From Lingula anatina (taxonomy: Eukaryota; Animalia; Brachiopoda): DNA of 64,000 nt. Under the pieces are notes generated by a model. It was not told where the DNA came from, ran no database searches, and saw only the letters and a program-made list of their open reading frames with translations. The translations under genes were made by a program, and so were the position numbers. Below, in pieces: positions 13,797 through 24,913 of this stretch (position 1 is the stretch's first letter; each line of letters starts with the position of its first letter). The stretch spans positions 15,686,001 through 15,750,000 of the forward strand of contig CM120646.1 of NCBI GenBank assembly GCA_051362555.1, read 5' to 3'.

Positions 13797-13945
13797 AAAC
13801 TGTCATGGCGAGAGTAGGGATTTGCAATATTAACAGATCTTAGTACTGGCTGTTGCCATATCCACCGTACATTCTGGTTCCTAGGTAATGAAAACTGTCA
13901 TGGCGAGACCAGCGTTATGCAACGTTCACAGATCTTAATACTGGC
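13755..13945 (+). repeat. 95-bp tandem duplication spanning the XRCC1 stop codon
   Basis: ctgttgccatatcaaccgtacattgtggttcct...cagatcttagtactgg at 13755 recurs diverged at 13850 (ctgttgccatatccaccgtacattctggttcct...cagatcttaatactggc). Confidence 0.9.
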
Positions 13946-14447
13946 CCGATTCCAGAGTAAATTTGTTATGTTACTGGTCATGGTATTACTCTCTACCAGG
14001 GCTGCAGAGAAATTTTTTCACTAGATTTGCAAAAATATTCCTCTGGCTGCTTCTGTGGACATTGCTATCCAGTCCAGCAAGAATATATGAACAGAATTTC
14101 AGAAATTATGCTGGGATGAAAGCAGTCTGATGAAAAGAGAATTATGTGAAAGAAACGCGGGCTGTGAAGTCAATGTTCTATCCTCCTGTAGGAAATGGTC
14201 AAAAGTATGAAGATGATTGAAAATATTGTTTTTTTTTTTTCTAAAGAACCCTGCCACATAGACAATTAAAGAAAAGGGTAAAAGCCCATTGCTTACAAGA
14301 TGTTTTACAAAAAATAATTATGAACTATTGTTTTTATAATGATAACTTTTTTTATGTAGAAATGGTGGACACCATTGTGTAGTTACATCTCTTATTGTTC
14401 TTTTTATAGAGTCTGTTTAATATTTGTCACAATATTGAAAATTTAAA

Positions 14448-14453
14448 AATAAA
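14448..14453 (+). terminator. Probable XRCC1 polyadenylation signal AATAAA
   Basis: AATAAA about 650 nt after the stop codon and just before the end of the convergent gene. Confidence 0.5.
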
Positions 14454-14617
14454 GAGATGATAACCTCAACCATTTGTAAACTTTGGAACATCCTGATAAT
14501 TTCGTTCTGCGTGTAATGGATTCACTGTGGTGAAGAGAAACATATCTGGTAAATACCAATGTCGTTATTATAAACACTTAGCCAAATGCTATCGACCATA
14601 ATCTGTCATGAGTTAAG

Positions 14618-17332
14618 TCAGCGTTCCAGCAAGGTGACGTCCACTCTACACAGCCCTCTTCCAACTCTGTGGGTGCAGCAGACGACCCTGTTCATTCCGA
14701 GGAAAATACTACGGTCACCCTCATTGGCCATTCCATCAAAAAGGTAGTCACGAGGAATCACGGTGGTTCCCTGAAAGAAATAAGTGATCACCAAACCATT
14801 CAAATTTCTCGACATTGCGTCCGTTTGTCGACCTGCAGTCAGTCCACAAAATTGAAGTGTTTCTTGTATTAGCCAAAATGACGTTTCTTTGAAATTAATT
14901 AATCGTCGAATTGTTTGGCATATTACCGTACCCACCAAATTAACCGAGGATGGTCTGATGCTTACCTTGGTACCTGCGTGATTATCCCACGTCACCTTTG
15001 ACCGTTCTACAGTCAGGGACACCACCCCGTTGGGCTGTATAAACCCCTTGATGGCCTGGTGAAGCAGGCTGTTTCCCGGCGCGGCGTACAGACCACGCCC
15101 TTGCTCCGGACTGAAGCTCATGTAGACGTACAGGCCGGAATCCACAACTTGGACATCTGAGCCAACACCACCTAGTCGTTAATGTGGGGAAAAAATCTTT
15201 ACTTTATTTCTAATTTAAATGTACAAATCCAGATCATAACTTGGTGTCTCTTTTTATTTTATGAGAATGTTACTGATCCATAATTATTCTGTATATATCT
15301 AGACGTGAGCTTTTTCGGCGGAAACGCAGAATTCCGCGTTTTTTAATTCAATTCTGATGATTCCTGAGATTCGTCTTGTCTGAGATTCGATAAATGTTCA
15401 GGCTTTTTTTTTTAACCTGAGCTCATGTCTGTATATCACTCGAATTCCTAGGACAGTCAGTGGTGTCTTACCAAAGCCGTTGCTCCCGTGGTCTTCGGAT
15501 ACTGTAAACACATGACCTCGCGCTTGCTTGTTAAAATACATGACGAAACGAACTTTGGTGTAGTTCGTTCCCTTAAAATTGACCTGGATTTTAGAAAAAT
15601 AATGAGAAGAAACAGATCATCTAAAAAAAAAAAAAAACAAGTCAATGTCTTAACATGTCTTAAGAATTGAAAGCGTTTTTTAACTCCATGAACAGTTTTC
15701 AACATCACTGTTCACAGATCTGATAAATCCATTTCTTCAACTGAAGATCATTAAATTGCATTATGAACTTTTTTTTGCCTGTGAATGTTTCCCCTTACCT
15801 GTAATACCGCTGTGTAACTACAAGAGGTATTGTACAGTCTCCGTAAGGGATGATAAAGGACCACGTGAGCATCAGTGCTGTTGAAGTTGCCTTTATTTAG
15901 ATCAACAGATGCGGTCGCAGGACCTTAAAATGTCAATTAATTAAGTCGCGAGAAAAAAGATAATCATATACTAACAGTGCTCTTAAGCGAATTTTGTTTT
16001 TAAACGTTGTTGACCTTGATATTTGACCATTGAACCCTTTCTATATAACTATTCTCCGGAATTTAACTTAAAATGCCCAACGAGTACTAATTTTTTTACC
16101 CTGCAAGTTTCCATTTTTAGAAATTTCAAAATGTTTTTTTTAACTGACCAAGTGAAGAACATAACAATATATTATTGTAAGTAAGTTAAATTAATGCGAG
16201 ACATTTAAAAATTATGAAACAATGGACCTATTTTCAAAAAAAAAAAATATTGATCATTGCGTTAATTTTAAAAGTCCATACGAATATTCACTAAAGTAAA
16301 GACTAAATTTGGAGAAATTTTGAAGGCACAGAATGATCGTTGGACCTTTTTAGAGCAAAAATTCAATTTATATTGGAAAATTCAACACTTTTTCCTGATT
16401 CACCAATCTAGGCCACACAGAGGCTAAAATTTTCGCGAGTGACGATGAAATATAGAAATAAAGAATTCGAAGATTAGTTTACAGATCTTAATTTTTTTCG
16501 ACAATTTTGGATGGGGTGTACCTTGGTGGCAGTGTAAAAATTGCTGAAATTTCAAGGATTTTTTTATATAGAGGTGTATTCCATTTTTATTTTATCTTGA
16601 TTCTAGATCTATGACATCTGTTTGAGTCATATAGCTCACCTGTTGAGTTCAGCCTTTCTCCATGATAGACAGACCACGTGTCGGTGTCGGGTTGGCTGTG
16701 CTCTAGAAGAAATTGGTTTACAAGGGATGGTATATATACTTTAAAAGAGTAAGTTACATATGTGATAATGTATGTTTTGAAAAATATTATATACTATCAA
16801 GTTGTCTGGCGTTTTTCCTGAGATAGGTTTCTGGAGCCTGCATTTAATGCACAGCAGCTTATGTTATAAGAATGTCTTTGATATCCCCGTTTTGGTTAGA
16901 AATCATTTTTGAGGATGTGTGAGAAGTTTACTTGGGAGTATTAAAGCTCATTAAACATGGCATGGCTGATTCTGTGTCTGCTTATTATTATTATCCATTA
17001 CCAATATGTTTAAACACTATGAATACCTTACAAATCAATGTCGGTGAAAATACGAGAGAAATAGAGGGGTGGACAGGCAAATCTTATTATCTGCCAAAAA
17101 AACGATGCAAATAAAAATGCAAAAGCAAAGCTTGTGGCGACAGAAAATGTTTTAAAAACCAACCTTTATCAACCAATGAAACCGTTCGAAGTGAATTAAA
17201 AAGCACAATGACAGTGCAGACTATGACCCCACCAAGAAATCCAGTCCCGCCAAAAATCACCATGATTCCGACGTCATCGTATTTAGATCGAATTCTTGAA
17301 AGCCGGGCTCTTCTTTTTCCGCTCACGTCCAT
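14618..17332 (-). CDS. Uncharacterised type II membrane protein (about 275 aa) with a beta-rich extracellular domain
   Basis: Exons 17164-17332, 16640-16702, 15799-15923, 15472-15583, 14966-15171, 14618-14770; phases 1,1,0,1,0 join into an open frame. Basic N-tail (KRRARLSRIRSK), one hydrophobic segment (VGIMVIFGGTGFLGGVIVCTVIVLF), N-glycosylation sequons (NST twice, NTS, NYT), C-terminus IFLGMNRVVCCTHRVGRGLCRVDVTLLER. Confidence 0.8.
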
Positions 17333-18078
17333 TGTGATGTAATATTAGTATAAACCACTTAGCTTAACAGCCCAATATATAACACAATGTTACGACACGT
17401 GCGTCTGTCACGGCCAATTGATTATAGGTTAAATTTTTAACAATATGAAGATCATGGAAGCTATCTACTATGTTCCCTATAGTATTTGAAGCTCCAAGTT
17501 GTGAATGAATTTTTCTGAGAGTTGAAATGCGCTATTCATAGTTGCACATAAAGTGCTCTCATGCGTGAAACTTTTTTTTTTCGTTTCAAAATAGAGACAT
17601 TATTTTAATAATATCTCTATCAGCAAGGTGTTGTGACCTAAAGTAATTGGATTTTCATCTGTTATTCTAGGTCGATTCATAAGGCAGTGCAAGCTAATCT
17701 CCAAGAAGAGACCTCGTTATCGAAATGGTTTATATTGCACAAATCTACTTATCTTATGTTGGGAGGGGGAGTAAGCCCTTCATTTCTGGACAAGGGATAT
17801 TAGACAGCTAAGACTGAATATCGTAAGTTATATTTAAACATTGTAAGTTTATTTCACATTAATGTAAGCCATAAAGGTGCCCTTGTTTTTTATTATGAGC
17901 ACAAAATACATGCCCCTCACAAAATATGAGAAATGGAGAAAGCAGTTCTATTTAAATCATTGACAACGCGTAATCAATGGCCAACAGTAAACAGTTCTGA
18001 CCGAGAGAACACAGTTCGACCGTTTCTAAAGGCCAATGTTTTGGAATTACCGAGATACCGAGGATGAACAGATTTACT

Positions 18079-20604
18079 TTAGCTATCAATCTCAACTGTG
18101 AGCTCCACACAGCCGATCTCATTGCCGTTCTGCTCCAGCATCTTAATCTTTCCCCAGTAGGTACCCTGAAAACAAAGAAACGGGGTGTTTTAGGTGCCGT
18201 TCACAATGAGCTTTGTCGACCTGGGCTCCGTAACTCGAAAGCATCGCGAATTGCGATCGAGCGCAAGCGTCTCTATTCCATAACTCGGGATTTACTCGCC
18301 CCATATAATAGCCTCGAAATAAAAGGTGATAGCGCTAACGCTATTCGCGATGCTTTCGAGTTAATGACGAGCGACGGCCCAGGACGCAGTGGCGGGTTTA
18401 GGTGGGGTGTAAGGGGGGTTTGCAAAATAATCGACATAAGTTTTCATGAGTTTACATCATTTTACAAGTTTACGGAATTTATTGAAATACAATCTGTAAA
18501 CCCCCGCAGGTTTCAGAGAAAGACATGCTGCAATAAAAAAAAAAATAAAAAAAAATTTAAAAAAAGCAGCTACTAGAGAGTTAGATGGCTAGAAACAATA
18601 CAAATCGAAAGCGACCATTTAAAATAGAGGTACCAGACGAATGTACTTACGTCGGCTAGCCATCCAAGCCCAGTAGGCAGAGCGCCTACGGTGAACTGCT
18701 GGTTGTTCATGGAGATACGTCCTTTAGGGTATGGGCAAGTGCAGGGGATGTTGTGATTTGCCAGCTCTGGTGGACACTTACTAGGGGCCTTCCACTGTGC
18801 AGCCCAGTCACAGATGCCATCGTAGGTGCTTTAAACGAAAAAAAAGTTGAATTGATTGTAAAGAGTGCAAATCCCCGACCGGATCGGTTCGCTCTAAGTT
18901 TCAGAGTACCGACGGAGACACTCCTCGTCCTAAGTAGAGAGTACCGAGACGTAAACAAAATTTAGCAATATCGCCGAAGCAAAAAAAAAAAAAAATGGTG
19001 GACAAGGTTCCAAATCACTCAAATATTTCAATCAGCCAATGTAACGACACCAATTGCAACTTCGAAAGTTAAAACATCACTGTGACAGATAAACAGCTGC
19101 GTCTCCAAGGTCAAAAATCTTACACAAAGGTGAGATATCGTGACCCAAACTGAAGAGCAGCGCGGGAAAGAGGCAGGTGGTGTGGTCATGACACCAGATC
19201 CTACCGTCACGAGTCACGACCTGGCCAGTTAACCGGTGCACCTATGGAACTGTTCACAGCAGTACCAACTAAAACGGATTTAGTTCCAAAGCTGGACAAC
19301 GTGCGTTGGACATTTAAATAATCTTTGTTCATTTTCCTGTATTGTCAAAACGTTTTTTCTTTTTACATCTCGGCCGATATGATCCATTTGTTCAATTTTG
19401 ATGTATAATCGTTATATAATGAATTGTGTTTCATAAATGGCCTGTTTGCCAAAATATTCCATCTTAAGATAATAAACCAGTCTACAAAATTCAAGACAGA
19501 GAAAAAGGTTATAAAGCACTCCACCGCTGGCGCTTTCAACAAAACGCACAAAAACCGATTAAAAAGGGGAAAGAATAGAATCCAGAAAACTATTTTTAAT
19601 TTGCATTGAAATAACTTGAAACAGGACCCATGAGTGAGGAATTGAACTTAAAAAATTAAGAGAAATCACTTGACTTCACAACTATATAAAAACAAGCTTC
19701 CCGTTTCCAACGATACTCACAAACCCTTGAGGTAACAAGATGACATATTATCAGAAATGAACTAGAGAGAGAGAGAGTGAAAAGTATTAGAGGAGAGAAT
19801 GCGTGAGCTTCAGCTCTATAAACACCTATCACTTTAAAAAAAACTTACCAAGATCCATAGCCAAAGAGACAGGGGATGGGGACCCAGAAAAACGTCACTT
19901 TGCGCTGAAGCTCAAGCTTCACCTTCAGGGGCCCGTTGATAGTTTTGGTAACATCGGCGTCAAAGCTTACGCCGAAAGTTCCTGGCACGGGGACTGGGTG
20001 TCTTGTTGGCTTGAATGTTTCGAATCGAAAACCGGGTTTGCCGCCACCTGAAGAAAGAGGGATTACGAGACGGCATTCCAAGCGTAAAAAAGGCGCCAAA
20101 CGTTTCATTTAAAAGCAGACGATCATCTCGTTTACCTTATATTCATTGTCAAATCCACTTTTTCCACCCGTTCAAAATACTGAACCTAAAAGGTTTTCCA
20201 GATGCCCTTTTGATTTCATTCAGAGTCAAGTAAATTGCCAACACATCACAGAATGGCGTTCGTTGCGCAATGCTGAATTTCGATAAATTTTGTAAAATTG
20301 TGCTGCTAAAATGTTTTCTATATAGCATTAAGTCACAGAGAGTTAAAGCCAAAGTCCAAAACGTCAATTTGAAGGATTATTCAACTTTTATATGAATTAA
20401 GTAATTTATGTCATTGATTACACATAATAACAAATAATGTTTTGTTATTATGTGTTATCAATGACATAAATTACTTAATTCGTGGCGACCGTTATTTTAT
20501 TATTTTAACATATTGTCCGAGGCGATCTACTTACTGCAGTCTTTAAACTCAAAGCCAGCCATACACCCAGCCACAAGGGCTAAGAAACACAGGAGAACCT
20601 TCAT
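18079..20604 (-). CDS. GM2A: Ganglioside GM2 activator-like protein (ML lipid-binding domain, about 177 aa, signal peptide)
   Basis: Exons 20535-20604, 19849-20047, 18651-18828, 18079-18165 (phases 1,2,0). Signal peptide MKVLLCFLALVAGCMA; FKDC; PVPVPG; WVPIPCLFGYGSCTYDGICD; CPPELANHNIPCTCPYPKG; WLADGTYWGKIKM...IGCVEL. The cysteine pattern matches the GM2 activator family. Confidence 0.9.
18221..18382. mobile_element. Small MITE in the last GM2A intron
   Basis: ctggg...cccag ends flanked by gac/gac; internal inverted arms taactcgaaagcatcgcgaat / attcgcgatgctttcgagtta. Confidence 0.6.
20394..20481. repeat. Near-perfect palindrome (about 41-bp arms) in GM2A intron 1
   Basis: gaattaagtaatttatgtcattgattacacataataacaaa / tttgttattatgtgttatcaatgacataaattacttaattc. 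Confidence 0.85.
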
Positions 20605-21235
20605 GTCGATCGATGTGCTTTCCAGTACAAGCGGTGTGCCTTCTAGTACCGTAGTGGGAATGAAGTGCCCAGTTTTATTGGAACAAATGCTATCACATAT
20701 TACACAAAAGACAAACGTGGAACAGACTAGGAACGCGCCTGGTTCGATCTTTTTGGCTTAATATTCTAGTGCATTGCCATATGTGCATAAACGCAAAACT
20801 TTTAAAAATTTAAACTCTGGCCGCCACGAATTGAAATGCGCGACAACCATTACTGCTATTAACTCATGTACTGTATTGTTGCTGCTAAAATATTTAATAA
20901 CTGACATTGATCGTAATGGCGTTCACTTTAAAACGTCTTAACGCTGTGCGATTATATTCCTCCACACCCACACATGATCAAGCCCAAGTAGTGTTAAAAT
21001 CGGCGTTCAGACGATTACTTTTCTAAACTGGAAACCGATCCTGCTTAAGTATTCAACGACAAGATTGCACCCTTCCAAACGGGCACCTCTTAAATTTAGT
21101 CTTGTCTTGTGACTCGATCCAGACTGGTATCCTAGAATTATTTTGTCTGAGCGGCCTATGCAGCCATACCTTTAAAGGATGTACAGAGATTCGCTGCAAG
21201 TTTAGTACCGCTTCGAGGATAAGATGTTATTTAAT

Positions 21236-22470
21236 GAGTATTTGCGTGTAAATGGGGCCATCAAAAATAATAAGACTCGTGTTCATCACATACATCTCCC
21301 AAAGCAGCAGGTTAATCTTTGCACTTCAAAACAATTAAGATGTTCCTTTTACAGTACTCAAACACAATATCACGAAATTTTTGGAAATCTTACTTTTGGG
21401 AATTGACTCTGCGTTGATTCAATGAAATAGCATTCGCCAGTTATGTGATTTTTCCGCTGCTCGGTGTAATGTATCGATACAGTTACATGTATAAGATATC
21501 CTATTGTTAAAATTGTTCATTGATGAAAAACATCCAACACTTAATTTCGTAGAGGGTTGTCGTCAACCCTGTACCAAAGTCACAGATTGATTTTTCACTC
21601 GATATTCACAGATATGTCTCTGGCTAATTCATGTCACGATTCTCTGCTTTTGGCAGTGGTCGTCAATAAAGACAGATTCAAGAGGTGGCTTGATGGGGCA
21701 CGTACCCCCTTCCCTTAGCTTTGGCGGTACTTCACTCGATATTTTCCTCATGCCCCATCCTAAAGACAGCATAACAAGCGAAACGAAAAAAAAAAATGGT
21801 CCCATTCCTATGGTCTGCATCTCATCATAAAATTTCCTCGTGTATTATTCCATACTTGTCGGGCAAAGCAATACCAAAATATTTTATCCCCCATCCGGTA
21901 GGGAATAAAACATTTTGGCCTGGCTTTGCCCGACAAATATTGGCTCACGGGGGTGGAAAGGGCAAAGAGCACGCAAAGCGGATAGAATCAGAAGAAAAAC
22001 GTATGCTTATTATATCAAAGAATGGAACTACGATAAACGCTACAGAAAAAGAGTCACAACTTGTCAATTCATTTTAACAGAATGTGCGTTAGGATCAGAC
22101 ATTAATATCTACGGGCCTCTGTTATTTATATAAGCCGGATCATCCGGGACGTGCGGCTGGCTACAGTTCCACCTGGTAGTTTCCCAGATCGCCGTAGGTT
22201 ACGCTATTTAAAATCATGTTTTAAGTGACGTTCACATGAGGGGAAACGAGTATTTGCGTGTAAATTGGACCATCGAAAATAATAAAACTAATGTTTATCA
22301 CTTATATCTCCAAAAGCAAGAGGTTTATCTTTGCACTTCAAAACAATTAAAATGTTCCTTTTACAGTGTTCAAACACAAACAATAAATTTAATAAAATTT
22401 TCGGAACTCTCTTACTTTTTGGAATTGACACTGCGTTGATTCAGTAAAATAGTGTTCGTCAGCTATGTGG
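21236..22470. repeat. Two diverged direct copies (about 215 bp each, near 21236-21450 and 22248-22470) of a repeat
   Basis: Shared gagtatttgcgtgtaaat...atctttgcacttcaaaacaattaa...gttccttttacagt...ggaattgac...tgcgttgattca. Confidence 0.8.
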
Positions 22471-23312
22471 TGTTGATAGGTTAGTATTGCACTTTACAAT
22501 GAAATACTATACAATACAAGATGTGTCGTCAAAAGAGAACATCGTCACCTACTTCTCTGAGGATCAGTGGCAAACACGCACAAAAGTAGACATACGTACA
22601 AAATGTTCCATCGAAGTTATGTGTAAAATCAGAGCTTTAGCTATCAGATTTTTTTCCTACAACGCCCTCTTAAAATTGAAAATAGGCCCTATTTCGTTGA
22701 TTTCACATAGTGTGGGGGGAGCTGTGCGCAAAATGTAAAAGCTTTAGCTACCAGATTTTTTCCTACTATGCCCGATGAAGTTTGAAATAAGTCCGATTTC
22801 GTCAATTTAATGAAGGGTAACTTTATCCAAATATATATGAGATCTTTATAGTCGGTCTGTTGCCAATTTGGCATAGCATGTAAAAAACGGGATAAATCGA
22901 TTGTTCAGTTGTACATATTCGTTAATTAAAAAAATTCGTAACGCGTGCCGTCTAGCGGACCTTTATAATGCACACAAATTCGATTGTGTTTGGTGATCCC
23001 ATACGCTCTCCTCTAAAGCCTCGGCGTGGCAGGTCCTGACTTATGCCCCCTTTATACAGTACGGCGTCCTTTCTGCGCCCTTTGTTCGACCTGGCGAACT
23101 GGCGTCGCTGTGGTCTTAGAAAGGAGGCACAAGCATCGCTTTGGTTGCAGAGTGAATGCTCAATGATTGGCCAGTTGTCGGCACGTAAAAGTATTATTTT
23201 TTTTACTCTTAAACGGGACCGTCATACGGAACGCAGAAAGGACGCCGTCCAGTGCAAAGGGGACTTTACTTTGGAAACAGTCCTTTTTCTTATAGACATC
23301 GACTAGATTTAA

Positions 23313-23649
23313 AGGGAAGCTCCACAGGATTTACCGGCCTAAATGGATTTTCCCGAGGAAATAAACAAATTTCTCGTACTCATAAATCATTTATCTATCC
23401 CTTTCTGCACTTGGATTCGGCCATTAGTTGAATTTATAAAGGTTGATTTATTTTAAAATGACTGGCAGGCCATTATAACCAGCGACCATCTTCCTAAACT
23501 CCGATGAAAATATAAACATCAGATACGTTCTAGAAAGAAATTATTGAAGGGGTTCAATGGTTTTTAAGGTGTCTGTAAGGTTTTATAAGGAGCTGCGGAT
23601 GGCCAAAATATAAGCATAAGGGGGATTTCCAAACCCATGGAGTGTACCT
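23313..23649. mobile_element. Kolobok-like non-autonomous DNA transposon (TTAA TSD)
   Basis: ttaa|aggg...gtgtacct|ttaa; colinear with the copy at 61801-62136 and the partial copy at 42653-42795. Confidence 0.75.
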
Positions 23650-24499
23650 TTAATAGAGGATCCCATTGAGGGGGGGGGGGGGATAGTGATCACAGTTCAC
23701 GGAGAAATAAAATCATCAATTCACAAATCACTGTAAATAAAACTTTATTCATATCTTAATGATAATACGAGTTGAAAATCCTGAAAAACATTAATCACCG
23801 GGTACCATGACTTTGTTTCACGGTGGGCGAAGAATAAAATGTCGCATTCACTAGTCACGGCAAAGGGGTGCTTCACAGATCACGCTAAATAAAATGGACG
23901 TTTTGCGCATCTCGGGAAATAAAAAGTGGCCTTCGCGAGTAACGAAAATACCCAATGGGATCCTTACTAAGTTAATGATACGCCTATCCTCACCAGGTAG
24001 CTTCCTCCTCAATGCGTATTTAAAGAGAGCCCTGGTGAATCGTATTAATTAGAGGGGGATTATAATGTAAAAATTTGGGCCTTTAGTGGTCTCTTGTGAG
24101 GAAAATATTGAAAACGGGATCGAAATCTGCAGGAATCTCTTCTTGGTGATCATTTGTCTTTGATAAGCCCTATCTTAAAATGAGTTGATTTTTTTTTTCT
24201 GATATCTGTTTGCATTCGCATGCATCCAAACAATAATGTACAGTGCATTACTTATATGTAGGCCTAATTGATTCTTCATGAAATAATGAAAATTACAAAA
24301 CAAAAACTTTTGATGAAGTACAAAATTTTACATTGGCACTTCAAGACATAAAATTTCTCTTTCATAAAACTTTGGAAAGTTTTCATAAGTTTGCAATCGT
24401 GCGCTGTCATAATTTCGATATCCAAGCAAGCTATAGGCCTACACGTAGGCCTACAAATTGACCAAAATGGCTCGATCATCAGAGAACTGGTTATTCCCT

Positions 24500-24913
24500 T
24501 GTTTGGCGCTTACCCGCCAAAAAAGGGGAGTTGGTTTTACATAAAATAATAAATGCAGGCCTGGTGTGTTTTTCCATTGGTCTGCATCCTTTCCCCGTCG
24601 CTCACTGAATGTGTTTAATCAAGTTCACATTTTGCGGAGTGACCACCCAAGGTCGCCCCAGACGGCGACGACCAGTTCCCGCGCACCTTCTGACCTCATT
24701 CAGCTCAGGAATGCGAGCAAGCGTTGTCAACCAATCAAATCAACTTCCGGTTAAGACACGTGAGGAATTTTGGAAGCGACGTGCAGGCGAAAAAGTTGAT
24801 AATCAGAAGAAAATATTAAAGAAAAAATAGTGGAATTGCACCAAAAGTTTCAAAACTTTGCTGTTGTGTGCAAACGATGTTTATTATGCAATTGATTGCG
24901 ATTTTAAATCAAG
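24500..24913 (+). promoter_or_regulatory. Probable CDK4/6 promoter and non-coding first exon
   Basis: E2F-like sites tttggcgc (24502), cccgccaaa (24513), ttcccgcg (24676); CCAAT (24731); ETS-like acttccgg (about 24744); E-box cacgtg (24757); strong donor caag|gtaagt at 24913 that can splice to the acceptor at 27938. Confidence 0.55.

Noticed and set aside
14618-15145. 175-aa ORF as a single-exon gene
   Set aside because: It is two exons plus a read-through intron of the six-exon gene starting at 17332.
15472-15501. 30-nt microexon using the cag at 15502
   Set aside because: Phase is incompatible; the longer exon 15472-15583 restores the frame.
18064-18576. 170-aa plus-strand ORF
   Set aside because: Antisense to the last GM2A exon and runs through a MITE; no protein-like motif.
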